A DNA stretch of 41,591 bases from a virus (taxonomy: Duplodnaviria > Caudoviricetes). Position numbers and translations under genes: made by a program. Under the pieces are notes generated by a model, which searched no databases, was not told where the DNA came from, and saw only the letters and a list, made by a program, of their open reading frames with translations. Shown here piece after piece: positions 1 to 8,183 of the stretch; positions within the stretch are counted from its first letter, which is position 1; each line of letters opens with the position of its first letter. The DNA lies in IMG/VR virus record IMGVR_UViG_3300044852_000021, positions 1-41,591 of that record. One strand, 5' to 3'.

Positions 1-127
1 GCGTGTCGTTGATCGTGATCGCGTCCACCGGCTTACCCGCGCCGTGAACCTCCAGGATCGTCCGGTAGATCGTTTCGTGCGCGGGCTGGTAGAAGTCGCC
101 GCCGGTCAGGATGTCCGCGATGTCCGC
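1..127. repeat. Terminal direct repeat, copy 1 (assembly overlap of a circular contig)
   Basis: 1-127 is identical to 41465-41591; it lies inside dnaB, and 127 is a common assembler k-mer size. Confidence 0.95.
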
Positions 128-202
128 AATAGCGTCACGGCTAAGCAGCATCGCCCCGAGGACCGACTGTTCAGCGACCGCGTCGTGGGATGGTTCGGTC
201 AC
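1..202 (-). CDS. dnaB: DnaB-like replicative helicase, N-terminal part (continues across the contig join at 41464; 440 aa in total)
   Basis: Manual translation from GTG at 202: MTEPSHDAVAEQSVLGAMLLSRDAIADIADILTGGDFYQPAHETIY, the typical DnaB N-terminal domain; in frame with 40344..41464. Confidence 0.92.
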   Translation of the reverse strand, partial: MTEPSHDAVAEQSVLGAMLLSRDAIADIADILTGGDFYQPAHETIYRTILEVHGAGKPVDAITINDT

Positions 203-315
203 TTGCGATCACCCGGCGTCTGATCCTTGCGGCCCGTGTAGTAGCCCCAGACAAACGCGATGGCTACTAGGATCCCGGATGCGATGGCGCTGAGTGCTAA
301 GTCGTACGTGCTCAT
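199..315 (-). CDS. Small membrane protein, 38 aa (below the ORF-track cutoff)
   Basis: MSTYDLALSAIASGILVAIAFVWGYYTGRKDQTPGDRK; 4-bp overlaps with both neighbours; one hydrophobic helix. Confidence 0.75.
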   Translation of the reverse strand: MSTYDLALSAIASGILVAIAFVWGYYTGRKDQTPGDRK

Positions 316-989
316 TTGTAGAAGTCCTTACTCCAGGGGCTAGCGGCGGTCGGTTTGGTTGCTGTTCGTTCTGCTTTCAAGAGCCAGTTTTTGAAGGCCG
401 CATCCCAATTGACGATGCGTCGGTCATTGGCTTCGGCGTGGGTGCGGAAACGCTCAGCCTGGAATGCGAGGTTGATTCCCTCATCCCCGGCATATTGTGT
501 GTGCGCTTCGTTCGGGACCCATGAGGCGGGAAGGGGTGTTTTTCGCCCAGCCCGCGACACACTCTTTAGTGTCTCTGTCTCTGTCTCTGTCTTAGCTAGG
601 GAGTTGCTAGCGTTCTGCTCTAGCACTTTGCTAGCAGGTGCTACGTTCTTGCTAGCTTTTGCCAGCCCGCCAGCGCGCCCAGCCTCGCGTTTGCGCTGAA
701 TATCCTCGTTTGTTGTCTGGTGTTCGGCGAAGTCGTGAATCTGGTAGCCGCCGTCAATTTTGATCCATGAAGGCCGTTCGGGGTCGTTTGATGCGAGTTC
801 TGATGCAACATCAACACCCCATTTGCGCATCACAATTCGTTCATCGAGGAAGCCGTCTGTGAGCTGCCTGCGTGAGTAGAGTGTCGATTCAAACAAGGCC
901 CGGAACGCGGCGTCTGACAGCAACATGATCTTGGCGTGCTCGTCCATGCCGATGTCGAACTTTGCGTATAGGCGCCGGTCTTTGGTCAC
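312..989 (-). CDS. Phage replication initiator protein (RepA/lambda O-like role)
   Basis: GTG at 989 coupled to the upstream stop; N-terminal domain, low-complexity linker (KTETETET) and C-terminal WDAAFKNWL motif; upstream of dnaB; contains iteron-like repeats. Confidence 0.7.
   Translation of the reverse strand: MTKDRRLYAKFDIGMDEHAKIMLLSDAAFRALFESTLYSRRQLTDGFLDERIVMRKWGVDVASELASNDPERPSWIKIDGGYQIHDFAEHQTTNEDIQRKREAGRAGGLAKASKNVAPASKVLEQNASNSLAKTETETETLKSVSRAGRKTPLPASWVPNEAHTQYAGDEGINLAFQAERFRTHAEANDRRIVNWDAAFKNWLLKAERTATKPTAASPWSKDFYK
594..666. repeat. Iteron-like TTGCTAGC repeats, putative replication origin
   Basis: TTGCTAGC at 604, 628 and 649 with degenerate copies at about 594, 619, 639 and 659, inside the initiator gene. 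Confidence 0.55.
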
Positions 990-1180
990 GTTCGCCTCCT
1001 GCCCTTTCGTTGTTCGCGCATCACGTTCTTGATGGCTTGGTCTTCTGTTGGTCTGCGCACGGTTTGCCTGGCCCTGTCGTCGGCGTCTTGGGTGCGGCGC
1101 GCTTCGAGGTGGTGGGGGCAGTTCGGGAGTGCGCAACCGAACGGGGTGCGGCACAGGAAGCAGCAAAAATCTTGGTTCAC
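986..1180 (-). CDS. Small Cys/His zinc-binding hypothetical protein
   Basis: CFLC...C...CPHH pattern; GTGA overlaps at both ends. Confidence 0.75.
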   Translation of the reverse strand: MNQDFCCFLCRTPFGCALPNCPHHLEARRTQDADDRARQTVRRPTEDQAIKNVMREQRKGRRRT

Positions 1181-1773
1181 GACTTGGCCCGATCTAGGAG
1201 GTTGTTCGTAAACAGCTCGTTACGCTTGGCGATGACTGCGGCCTCAGCTTCTTCGAGCGTGGCGAAGTTGCCGACTCTCCTGCGGGTATTCCAGTGCGTC
1301 ACATATGCCTCATAGAAGCCGCCCCTCTTATTCCAAGACACGCCGCGCACTCCGCTGGTGTTGTTAGCCTGCGGGCCAGGCCGGTTTTCATGGTTCTGCT
1401 TGTTCGTCACCGGCTGAAGGTGCGCCGGGTTGACGCATGATCGGTTGAAACACATATGGTCGATGAACTTGCCTTCTGGGATCGGCCCTATGTGGATTTC
1501 GTAAGACAATCGATGCGCATATGCCTGCTTGCCGCCGTGGGAGTAGTTGGAATATCCTGCGGAGTTAGTCGTGCCAGCCCATCCCCAGCACCCCTCCTGC
1601 CTGATGGCGTACATGCCGAACACCTCGGCGGCGGTCATGTCCGACTTGGAGATGTACTGCTGCAAGGGTTTTAGGGGCTTACCCTGGCGCTGCTGCTGAT
1701 AGTGGGCATTGCACAGATCCCGTGAGTGCACTCTGCCTACGCAGCCTTCGAAAGTGCATTCCCTTCCACTCAT
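1177..1773 (-). CDS. HNH homing endonuclease with C-terminal AP2-like domain
   Basis: CWGWAG, AHRLSYE, DHMCFNRSCVNPAHL and NTSGVRGVSW motifs; ATG at 1773 overlaps the upstream stop. Confidence 0.9.
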   Translation of the reverse strand: MSGRECTFEGCVGRVHSRDLCNAHYQQQRQGKPLKPLQQYISKSDMTAAEVFGMYAIRQEGCWGWAGTTNSAGYSNYSHGGKQAYAHRLSYEIHIGPIPEGKFIDHMCFNRSCVNPAHLQPVTNKQNHENRPGPQANNTSGVRGVSWNKRGGFYEAYVTHWNTRRRVGNFATLEEAEAAVIAKRNELFTNNLLDRAKS

Positions 1774-2123
1774 CCCGCACTCCTCGCATAGTTGGCTTTT
1801 TCGACTTGCTGCCATAGCGCCCAGGTCTGATTTCCGAATGTTTTGGCCTCGCTCAGGTTCCAGCCGGATCCGGGGAAGTGGGCGCGTATGGTTTCGCGGT
1901 TGACGCCGGTTGTGCGGCTGACCTCGTGCTGTGACATGCCCTCGCCGAGCATGTCGGCGATGGTTGCGAGGCGGTCGGGCGTGAGGTCTAGCCGGCGCCC
2001 GCGGATGCCGAGCTTCGTGCGCAACCGCGTGACGGACCTGGGCGCGATGTTGAAATGTTCAGCTAGTTGCGGGATCGTCCAGCCCTCAGCGTTCAGGCGG
2101 GTGAACTCGGCGCGGTCGGTCAT
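1770..2123 (-). CDS. Double helix-turn-helix DNA-binding protein
   Basis: GWTIPQLAEHFNIAPRSVTRLR and GMSQHEVSRTTGVNRETIR. Confidence 0.8.
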   Translation of the reverse strand: MTDRAEFTRLNAEGWTIPQLAEHFNIAPRSVTRLRTKLGIRGRRLDLTPDRLATIADMLGEGMSQHEVSRTTGVNRETIRAHFPGSGWNLSEAKTFGNQTWALWQQVEKANYARSAG

Positions 2124-2452
2124 GTGCTTGCCTCGTTCGCCCATTCGAGCAACACGTCAGTGTGGCAGGGCTGGTCGGTCGCGCACCAGCAAGCAAGGTC
2201 TTTCCCGGCTAGCTCTTTGACGCCTTTACGCATTAGTGGATTCGCTGCGTAGTACTCGCGGAACGAGTCAACGGCATCCTGCGCGGTTGCCGGGGTGATG
2301 ATGAGCGCTGCGCCGTCCGCGTCGCGGTGGATCCACTTCTGCTCGCCGACCGCAAACGGGTTGCCGAAGCGCCCCGGCCTGCCGACATAGATGGCGCCTT
2401 CCGGCATCCGCCAACCTTTAGTGCGCTTGCGCTGGATTCTCTGCGGGCTCAT
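2120..2452 (-). CDS. DUF4326-family protein
   Basis: IYVGRPGRFGNPF ... LAGKDLACWC ... CHTDVL signature. Confidence 0.85.
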   Translation of the reverse strand: MSPQRIQRKRTKGWRMPEGAIYVGRPGRFGNPFAVGEQKWIHRDADGAALIITPATAQDAVDSFREYYAANPLMRKGVKELAGKDLACWCATDQPCHTDVLLEWANEAST

Positions 2453-2742
2453 GCGGCGGCGCTCCTGTGGGTGATGTGGGTGCGGATCATGGCTGGCTGC
2501 AAACCGGACCAAGCAACCTCGCCGGCCGGGGTGGATGCGACAACGACGGGCATCTGCCGATAGTTGAGTGTTTCCGTGACGTACAGGAACGCGGCCTCGT
2601 CGGACTTGACGTCTACGGCGGTGTATTCGATGCCGTTCTCGTCAAGCTTTTCTTTGGTCTTCACGCATCCGAAGCAAGGGGTGGTGGTGTAGACGACGAC
2701 GGCAACGTTGTCGCGTTCCTGGATGGTCTGGGCGTGGGTCAT
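2449..2742 (-). CDS. nrdH: NrdH-like glutaredoxin
   Basis: VYTTTPCFGCVKTKEKL, QMPVV and WSG motifs; GAAGGA RBS before ATG 2742. Confidence 0.85.
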   Translation of the reverse strand: MTHAQTIQERDNVAVVVYTTTPCFGCVKTKEKLDENGIEYTAVDVKSDEAAFLYVTETLNYRQMPVVVASTPAGEVAWSGLQPAMIRTHITHRSAAA

Positions 2743-2819
2743 GGTGTGGATCCTTCGGGGCATAAGTGCGGCGCCCGACATGTTGCCGGGCGCCGCAGGG
2801 TGGTTGTAGCAGGGGTGGG

Positions 2820-3479
2820 TTAGATGGACTTGGAGGCCCTGTGTTCGCGCCACAACTTACTTACCGCGGCGGTCTTGGCGGAGTCTCGCTGTCCCTTAGG
2901 GATGGTTTGGAGGATCCGGTTAGCCTCATCTCGCGGGGTCGTATCTTTCTGCCATCCTCGATACTTCCCGCAGGTCGCGCATGGTCCGTATGGGCAGCCG
3001 GATAGGGTGCTTTCCCATGGGCCGCCTTCGTCCAGTCGGCAGACGCATTGCTTGTGCGCGCTGCTGATGCTTGAGCAGTCCTGATGGAACAGCCCGCGCT
3101 CGCCGGACCACCACTTCCCCTTGTCGCGGTGCCACTCCTGGGAGATGTTCACGGCGTCACCCTTGCGGGACTTCCCAGTGCACCATTCGCACCGAGTCAG
3201 GGCCCAGCGGCGGAAGTGCTGCAACGGGTGGATCTGGAGCCGCCAGTGGTGGACGTGCCACTGCCAGCGCCCGGAATATGGGCAGTCCTCATTGGAGTCG
3301 AAGCCTGACGGGTCTACGTGCCAGACGGTGATAAGTCCGGGCCAGTAGTACTCGGTCCCCGCGATAATCCAGAATGGCGACCTTCCTATCTTCCAGCGCT
3401 TCTCGCTAAGCCTTCTGCCCTGTCGGCGCTGCGGCCACGGTCGGCGGATTTCGAAGGCTACCGTCATAGGGTCATGCAT
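2820..3479 (-). CDS. Hypothetical protein, Trp/His/Cys-rich
   Basis: 219-aa ORF coupled to the ssb stop; CxxC pairs. Confidence 0.75.
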   Translation of the reverse strand: MHDPMTVAFEIRRPWPQRRQGRRLSEKRWKIGRSPFWIIAGTEYYWPGLITVWHVDPSGFDSNEDCPYSGRWQWHVHHWRLQIHPLQHFRRWALTRCEWCTGKSRKGDAVNISQEWHRDKGKWWSGERGLFHQDCSSISSAHKQCVCRLDEGGPWESTLSGCPYGPCATCGKYRGWQKDTTPRDEANRILQTIPKGQRDSAKTAAVSKLWREHRASKSI

Positions 3480-3904
3480 CAGAACGCCGGCTCCTCGGTC
3501 GGACCGTTACCCCAGCCGCTGGACTGCTGCGGCTGTCCACCCCAGCCCTGTGACTGCGCGGCGGGCTGCTGGGACTGCTGCTGGGCGCGGGGGATGATTC
3601 CGACGTCGCGGGCCGTGACCTCCAATGACTTGCCCGTCGTGCCATCCTTGGCCTGGAACTCGCGGAGACGTTCGGAGCCGGTGACAATGACCCGGTCGCC
3701 CTTCTTGAGCACTTCGGCGAGCGCTTCGGCCTTCTTGTCCCAGAGGGTGACGCGGCGCCAGGTGGTGCCGTCCTCATCCCAGCCGCCCTGCTGATTCTTC
3801 TTGCTGTGGTTCTCGGCGAGGGAGAACTCAAGCACTGGCTTGCCCTGCGGCGTGAACTTGAGGCTGGGTTCGCCGACGTTGCCTACGGTGGTGATGTCGC
3901 TCAT
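3479..3904 (-). CDS. ssb: Single-stranded DNA-binding protein
   Basis: ITTVGNV, LKKGDRVIVTG and acidic C-terminal EEPAF. Confidence 0.95.
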   Translation of the reverse strand: MSDITTVGNVGEPSLKFTPQGKPVLEFSLAENHSKKNQQGGWDEDGTTWRRVTLWDKKAEALAEVLKKGDRVIVTGSERLREFQAKDGTTGKSLEVTARDVGIIPRAQQQSQQPAAQSQGWGGQPQQSSGWGNGPTEEPAF

Positions 3905-4071
3905 TTGTTTCCTTCGTTTGAGATTTCAGTGAGGACCGGGATCCACTGCTTAGCGGTTTCCGGCGTGAAGTAGATGTAGTTTCCGCTGCTCATGCGGAGT
4001 TGGATGCCGACGCCGTCAATGGGCGGCTTCGGGACACGTTCGACGTCGAGTGCCGTGATTGAGATGGTCAT
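3901..4071 (-). CDS. Hypothetical protein, 56 aa
   Basis: ATGA coupling on both sides. Confidence 0.7.
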   Translation of the reverse strand: MTISITALDVERVPKPPIDGVGIQLRMSSGNYIYFTPETAKQWIPVLTEISNEGNK

Positions 4072-4397
4072 TCGGTCGGCTCGTGGAGGACGATGGCGGG
4101 GAGGTATGTTTCCTCCAGCGGATCCGAGAGCCACGCATCGAATCCAGACTCGGAGACAAGAACGCGCCAGCCGTAGGCCAGCTTTCGGGCTACCTCGCCT
4201 TGGCCATCCATAACGACGGTGCCGACATCAAGCCCGTCCAACTCTTCGGCGGTCGTGATCGTGCGCGGCTTCGAGTAGCCCGCGGCCAGGATGGCGTCGG
4301 CGATATCCTCCTGAGCTGGTCCCGCCCAGGCGATGATGCCGTGACTGCTGTCGAGCGCGCCCTCTACCGTTGCCGCCAGTTCATCTCGTGTGCTCAT
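4068..4397 (-). CDS. Hypothetical protein
   Basis: MSTRDELAATVEG...ADAILAAGYSKPRTITTAEELDGL; ATGA coupling. Confidence 0.75.
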   Translation of the reverse strand: MSTRDELAATVEGALDSSHGIIAWAGPAQEDIADAILAAGYSKPRTITTAEELDGLDVGTVVMDGQGEVARKLAYGWRVLVSESGFDAWLSDPLEETYLPAIVLHEPTE

Positions 4398-4951
4398 TTG
4401 GTCTGCTCCTTGACATAGTCGGTGACGTACTCGGGCGCGCCATTTGCGGCCAGGTATTCGAGGTAGCCGGGGACGTTGTTCTCGGCGATGGCTTTGGCGG
4501 TGTCGGCCCGTACCTTGTCGCTGATGGTGGGCGGATCCGCTGGGGCGACTGGTGCGGGTGCGGCGTTCGGGAGGGGGTCCACGCTGAACGGTTTGCGCTT
4601 GCCCTTGGACTCGGTCAGCGCGATAGTCAGCGGCTTGGTGATGTGCGAGACGTGGGAAATTCTGATTCCGCCTATCGCAATGCCGCCCCACTTCACGGAC
4701 GGATCGCCGAACAGGGTCATGCGCCGCCCAATGTAGTTGTTCGAGTCGGAGCCCCACGCGGCAACCAGCACCCGGCGCATGGATTTGGACGGGCGCCACG
4801 GACGGTCAAACTCGGCGAGAATGATTTCCACCGGCTGCTCAGTTGACGGGCCGGGGCGAACTTCGGTGATGGTTGCCACGCGAGGCCCGGCGATGAAGTC
4901 CGAATAGTCCATCTGGTCTGACTTGGCGATGATGCTGTCTGAAAGGTCCAC
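4394..4951 (-). CDS. Conserved phage protein next to the exonuclease, candidate recombination/annealing partner
   Basis: GTG at 4951; KSDQMD, PWRPSKSMRRVL and VKWGGIAIGGIRISH; lies between RecE-like and ssb. Confidence 0.7.
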   Translation of the reverse strand: MDLSDSIIAKSDQMDYSDFIAGPRVATITEVRPGPSTEQPVEIILAEFDRPWRPSKSMRRVLVAAWGSDSNNYIGRRMTLFGDPSVKWGGIAIGGIRISHVSHITKPLTIALTESKGKRKPFSVDPLPNAAPAPVAPADPPTISDKVRADTAKAIAENNVPGYLEYLAANGAPEYVTDYVKEQTK

Positions 4952-4953
4952 GT

Positions 4954-5775
4954 CTAGAGCCTCATTTCGTTGTCGATGCCGAGCAGGTCTTCGGCTTGGT
5001 AGATCGCCCACATGGGGAGGCTGATGGGTTCGGCGGTCGGGTAGCCTGGCCAGTTGCCGGACTCGACGCACTCCCGGTAGATGCGTTTGGCCCGGTCGTT
5101 GAGTGCGCGCCCGATGTCAATGGCTTCCCAGTCGAGCTCAACCACTGACACGAAGTAGGGCGCCGTCTTCTCGACCAGCACGAAGCGGAACGGCAACTCT
5201 TCGCCGGTCGCAGCCTTCATGCCGTCGATGTAGTGGGCCGCTGACTGGTGGTAGCCGAAGCCGTGCGCGACCTTGCCGAACTCGTTGGGGTCGGCGTTGA
5301 CGGTGGTCTTGAGGTCAACGAGAACGTCCGACTTCCATGCGTCCGGGCGGCACTTGTACGTCTGCCCTTCCTCATCCCAGAAGACGGACGCCTCTGCGCG
5401 GTGGCCGGTGAACAGTTCCCGCGCCACGGGGTGCGCCATGACGGCGTCACGCATGGCGAGAACCTGCGCCCATTCCTTCGCCAGCAGGGGCTGCTTGCCC
5501 GCCGAGAGAGCGTCGGCCTTGAACTCCTTCGCCGCCTTCGTGAGCCAATTTTCGTGATCGACAACCATCACCCCCGACTCGTCCCCTTCGAGGATTAGTG
5601 AGTGCGCCGCGGTGCCGAGCGTGAAGGCGTCCGAGAACTTCGGGTGCTTCTTGTCGTGCTGGTAGTGCGCCGGCGTCTTCGTGGCTAGCGTCTTCAGCGA
5701 CGTGCTGCCGAGTGCCGCGTCTGCGTGGTAAGCGGCGTTGCTGATGCCGTCGTAAATGCCTGGTTCGTACTTCAT
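4954..5775 (-). CDS. RecE-like PD-(D/E)XK exonuclease (DUF3799 type)
   Basis: ISNAAYHAD, LGTAAHSLILE, KCRPD, DLKTT and GYHQSAAHY motifs. Confidence 0.9.
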   Translation of the reverse strand: MKYEPGIYDGISNAAYHADAALGSTSLKTLATKTPAHYQHDKKHPKFSDAFTLGTAAHSLILEGDESGVMVVDHENWLTKAAKEFKADALSAGKQPLLAKEWAQVLAMRDAVMAHPVARELFTGHRAEASVFWDEEGQTYKCRPDAWKSDVLVDLKTTVNADPNEFGKVAHGFGYHQSAAHYIDGMKAATGEELPFRFVLVEKTAPYFVSVVELDWEAIDIGRALNDRAKRIYRECVESGNWPGYPTAEPISLPMWAIYQAEDLLGIDNEMRL

Positions 5776-5795
5776 GCGTTCCCCCATTGGGTATG

Positions 5796-5819
5796 AAAAA
5801 GGCGCCCATATTAGGCGCC
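5796..5819 (-). terminator. Intrinsic terminator in the early operon
   Basis: Minus strand GGCGCCTAATATGGGCGCC followed by TTTTT. Confidence 0.6.
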
Positions 5820-5836
5820 GTGGTGGTTGTCTTTTG

Positions 5837-5986
5837 TTATTCAGCCGCTTCCGGTTTGCATTCGCATGGTTCGCCGGTTCCGCGGAGCAGCCGTTGCATT
5901 TCCGGGACGTTGATTTCGCCGCATCCCCACTTGTTTTCCAAGATGTACAGCGCTTGCTTGTTCCGCCGTTCGGCCTCGCACGTCAT
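5837..5986 (-). CDS. Hypothetical protein, 49 aa
   Basis: MTCEAERRNKQALYILE; ATGA coupling. Confidence 0.65.
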   Translation of the reverse strand: MTCEAERRNKQALYILENKWGCGEINVPEMQRLLRGTGEPCECKPEAAE

Positions 5987-6291
5987 GGGGTGGGCCTGTA
6001 GGGGTTGGTGATCGGGTAGCCCTTGCTGTACCGCCAGCCGTCCCATGCGCACTGGTTGTCAGAACCCGCCTCGGCGCCATCATCCCAAGCCTCCTTGAGC
6101 ATGTGCGGGGCGGCGGCTTCGAGGGCTCGACGTGCATCCTCCAGCGACTGGCGCTGCACTCGGTTACGTGCGCCGGTCGGGCTCTCTCCGTGTGCCACGA
6201 ATGTCCAAACCTGGGGGCCCCACACTGCCGGCGACATTGCCCGCGCTGCCGCCTCTACCGCAGCTTCCGGGATAATCTGCTGTTCACTCAT
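5983..6291 (-). CDS. Hypothetical protein, paralogue of 6957..7325
   Basis: IPEAAVEAAARAM and ALEAAAPHML shared with 6957..7325; AGGA RBS. Confidence 0.8.
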   Translation of the reverse strand: MSEQQIIPEAAVEAAARAMSPAVWGPQVWTFVAHGESPTGARNRVQRQSLEDARRALEAAAPHMLKEAWDDGAEAGSDNQCAWDGWRYSKGYPITNPYRPTP

Positions 6292-6304
6292 GTCCTATTC
6301 CTTC

Positions 6305-6418
6305 CTAGAGCCCGCATCGTTGGCAGTCGGTGGTGTGGCATCCCTCTGCTTTGCATTTGAGTAGCCGGCGGGTGCGGATCGCTGCGGCTAGGGCTTCGGC
6401 TTCCGGGTCTTCACGCAT
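6305..6418 (-). CDS. Small Cys-rich protein, 37 aa
   Basis: Manual translation MREDPEAEALAAAIRTRRLLKCKAEGCHTTDCQRCGL; GGAGG RBS. Confidence 0.6.
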   Translation of the reverse strand: MREDPEAEALAAAIRTRRLLKCKAEGCHTTDCQRCGL

Positions 6419-6605
6419 TGATGTACCTCCAGATCGCGGCTCCTGCCTCACGGTCGAACGCTTTCTGCGCGTACTCCTGCTTCCATCCCGCCAGTTCCAT
6501 GCCTTCGAGGTCGTCTACCTGCCCCGGTGTGAGCCGGTGACGTTCGAGCGTGTGCCGTGCGGCGAGGATGCCGAACCGGATCCGCTGGGCCTGATACGCG
6601 TTCAT
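6411..6605 (-). CDS. Hypothetical protein
   Basis: MNAYQAQRIRFGIL; ATGA coupling. Confidence 0.7.
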   Translation of the reverse strand: MNAYQAQRIRFGILAARHTLERHRLTPGQVDDLEGMELAGWKQEYAQKAFDREAGAAIWRYINA

Positions 6606-6742
6606 GCTTTCTCCAATTCGTCGATCCATTCGAGTCCGTAACCTTCGCAGTGGGCGGCGAACGACAGATCACGTTCCTGGGCGTGGCCGATCCGGTCAGC
6701 TTCCTGCGCCCGGGCCTGAGCCTCGCGTTCGTCCTCGCTCAT
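6602..6742 (-). CDS. Hypothetical protein, 46 aa
   Basis: MSEDEREAQARAQEAD; GGAGG RBS. Confidence 0.65.
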   Translation of the reverse strand: MSEDEREAQARAQEADRIGHAQERDLSFAAHCEGYGLEWIDELEKA

Positions 6743-6744
6743 GC

Positions 6745-6960
6745 CTAGTCCCTCCAGTAGTAGTTGCGGGTGCCGTCGTTGGCGCCGATGCTGCACCACC
6801 ATGTGTGGTCGCTCTGGACTTTGCATTCGACGCATCCGGGCCGGTTGGGGAAGTGCGCGTCGCACTCCGGGTCCGGCTCCATCATGGATCCGGGCTCGAC
6901 CGCGCTGCCGTAGCGGGTCCAGGTCTTCGGGTCGGTCACGGTGCATGTACAGTCGCTCAT
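6745..6960 (-). CDS. Cys-rich hypothetical protein
   Basis: 71-aa ORF, ATGA coupling, CxC and CxxC. Confidence 0.7.
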   Translation of the reverse strand: MSDCTCTVTDPKTWTRYGSAVEPGSMMEPDPECDAHFPNRPGCVECKVQSDHTWWCSIGANDGTRNYYWRD

Positions 6961-7325
6961 CCTTCACCCCGCACAGCAGCGGCGCGGGCACGGAGCCAGT
7001 CCATGTACGGGCCTTGGTACTCCCACGCGTCTTCGATATGAGTCCACCGCCTGCCGTCGCGCTGGGCCAACTCGTTAAACTCTCCGACGCCGATGTTGTC
7101 CTCAAAGTCCTGCGCCGCTTCTTCGAGCGCCCCGGCTTTGGCTTCTGCCAGCATGTGCGGGGCCGCGGCTTCGAGGGCGGCGCGGGCTTGGTGTGCAGCG
7201 AGGTCGCTGGTGTAGAGGCGCCTGTGGCATGTGCAGCTAATGTGAAGAGTTGTCTCAGATTGTGCGACTGCTCTATGGCTGCCCATCGCCCTCGCCGCCG
7301 CCTCTACCGCAGCTTCCGGGATCAC
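6957..7325 (-). CDS. Hypothetical protein, paralogue of 5983..6291
   Basis: GTG at 7325 overlapping the upstream stop; shared motifs with 5983..6291. Confidence 0.75.
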   Translation of the reverse strand: MIPEAAVEAAARAMGSHRAVAQSETTLHISCTCHRRLYTSDLAAHQARAALEAAAPHMLAEAKAGALEEAAQDFEDNIGVGEFNELAQRDGRRWTHIEDAWEYQGPYMDWLRARAAAVRGEG

Positions 7326-7645
7326 TGCGCCCCCTCCGTTGCAGCCAGCGCCTTGCGGATCTCGTCGGCGCTGATCTGCCAGCCGCAACGACTCCGCGTG
7401 TTGGCGAGGTCAAGCACCCGCTCGATCTGGGCGGCCTGTTTCCGGACAAGGGCGAGGAGTACGGGGTTTGCGGATTCGAGGGCGGCGCTGGCTTGGCACT
7501 CAAACATTTCACGATCGGTGGAGTCGAGATCGTCCCACTCGTCCATGTCGTAGGCGTCGTCGCGGATGTTGAAGATGGCCTGCGCGGCTTCCTTGACGAC
7601 TCCCGCCATGGCCCGTGCTTCGATGGCGGCGAGCTGGTCAGTCAT
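7322..7645 (-). CDS. Hypothetical protein (alternative GTG start at 7723)
   Basis: MTDQLAAIEARAMAG with GAAAGG RBS. Confidence 0.7.
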   Translation of the reverse strand: MTDQLAAIEARAMAGVVKEAAQAIFNIRDDAYDMDEWDDLDSTDREMFECQASAALESANPVLLALVRKQAAQIERVLDLANTRSRCGWQISADEIRKALAATEGAQ

Positions 7646-7719
7646 GTCTGCCTTTCGTTTGCGTTCGTGGATGGCGGTGACGAGGGCCCGGCCTTCCCGG
7701 TCCTCCAACTGGGCGGCGG

Positions 7720-7929
7720 TCACGGGGTCACGCCGTTTCGGTGCAGCAGGGTCCGGTCGCCTGATACCGGGACGCCCGGATAGATCCACGCATCCAGAGC
7801 TTGCAGGCCGTTGAGGAACTGGACGCTCCCGACCTCGTAGACCGAGACGGGGTCAACGTCAATGAACGGCTTGGCAGGCTCACCGTCGCCGCCTGCCTGG
7901 CTGATCAGGTGCTCGCTGTAGTCGCTCAT
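7720..7929 (-). CDS. Hypothetical protein
   Basis: 69-aa ORF, ATGA coupling. Confidence 0.65.
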   Translation of the reverse strand: MSDYSEHLISQAGGDGEPAKPFIDVDPVSVYEVGSVQFLNGLQALDAWIYPGVPVSGDRTLLHRNGVTP

Positions 7930-8183
7930 GATTCCAACCCCTCTACCTTGGCTAGTGCGGCCTTGAAGCGTGCCTCTTCGTTGGCGTAGAAGATCGCCGT
8001 TGCTAGGCAGTGTTCCTTCATGACGGCCTCAACGATATGGACTGCCGGGTGCGCGTCGTCCGGCGTTGGGGTCGCGTTGACGTAGATCGCGTAGACCTGC
8101 TCACGGTTGCGCTTGGACTCCTGCTCGCGGTGGCGTTCCTTCAGGATGCCAACGGATACCATCTGGACTGCTTCGTTGCTCAT
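7926..8183 (-). CDS. Hypothetical protein
   Basis: MSNEAVQMVSVGILKE; ATGA coupling. Confidence 0.7.
   Translation of the reverse strand: MSNEAVQMVSVGILKERHREQESKRNREQVYAIYVNATPTPDDAHPAVHIVEAVMKEHCLATAIFYANEEARFKAALAKVEGLES

Noticed and set aside
2768-2797. GC-rich hairpin upstream of nrdH as a terminator or riboswitch
   Set aside because: No U tract and too short to assign; may only stabilise the mRNA
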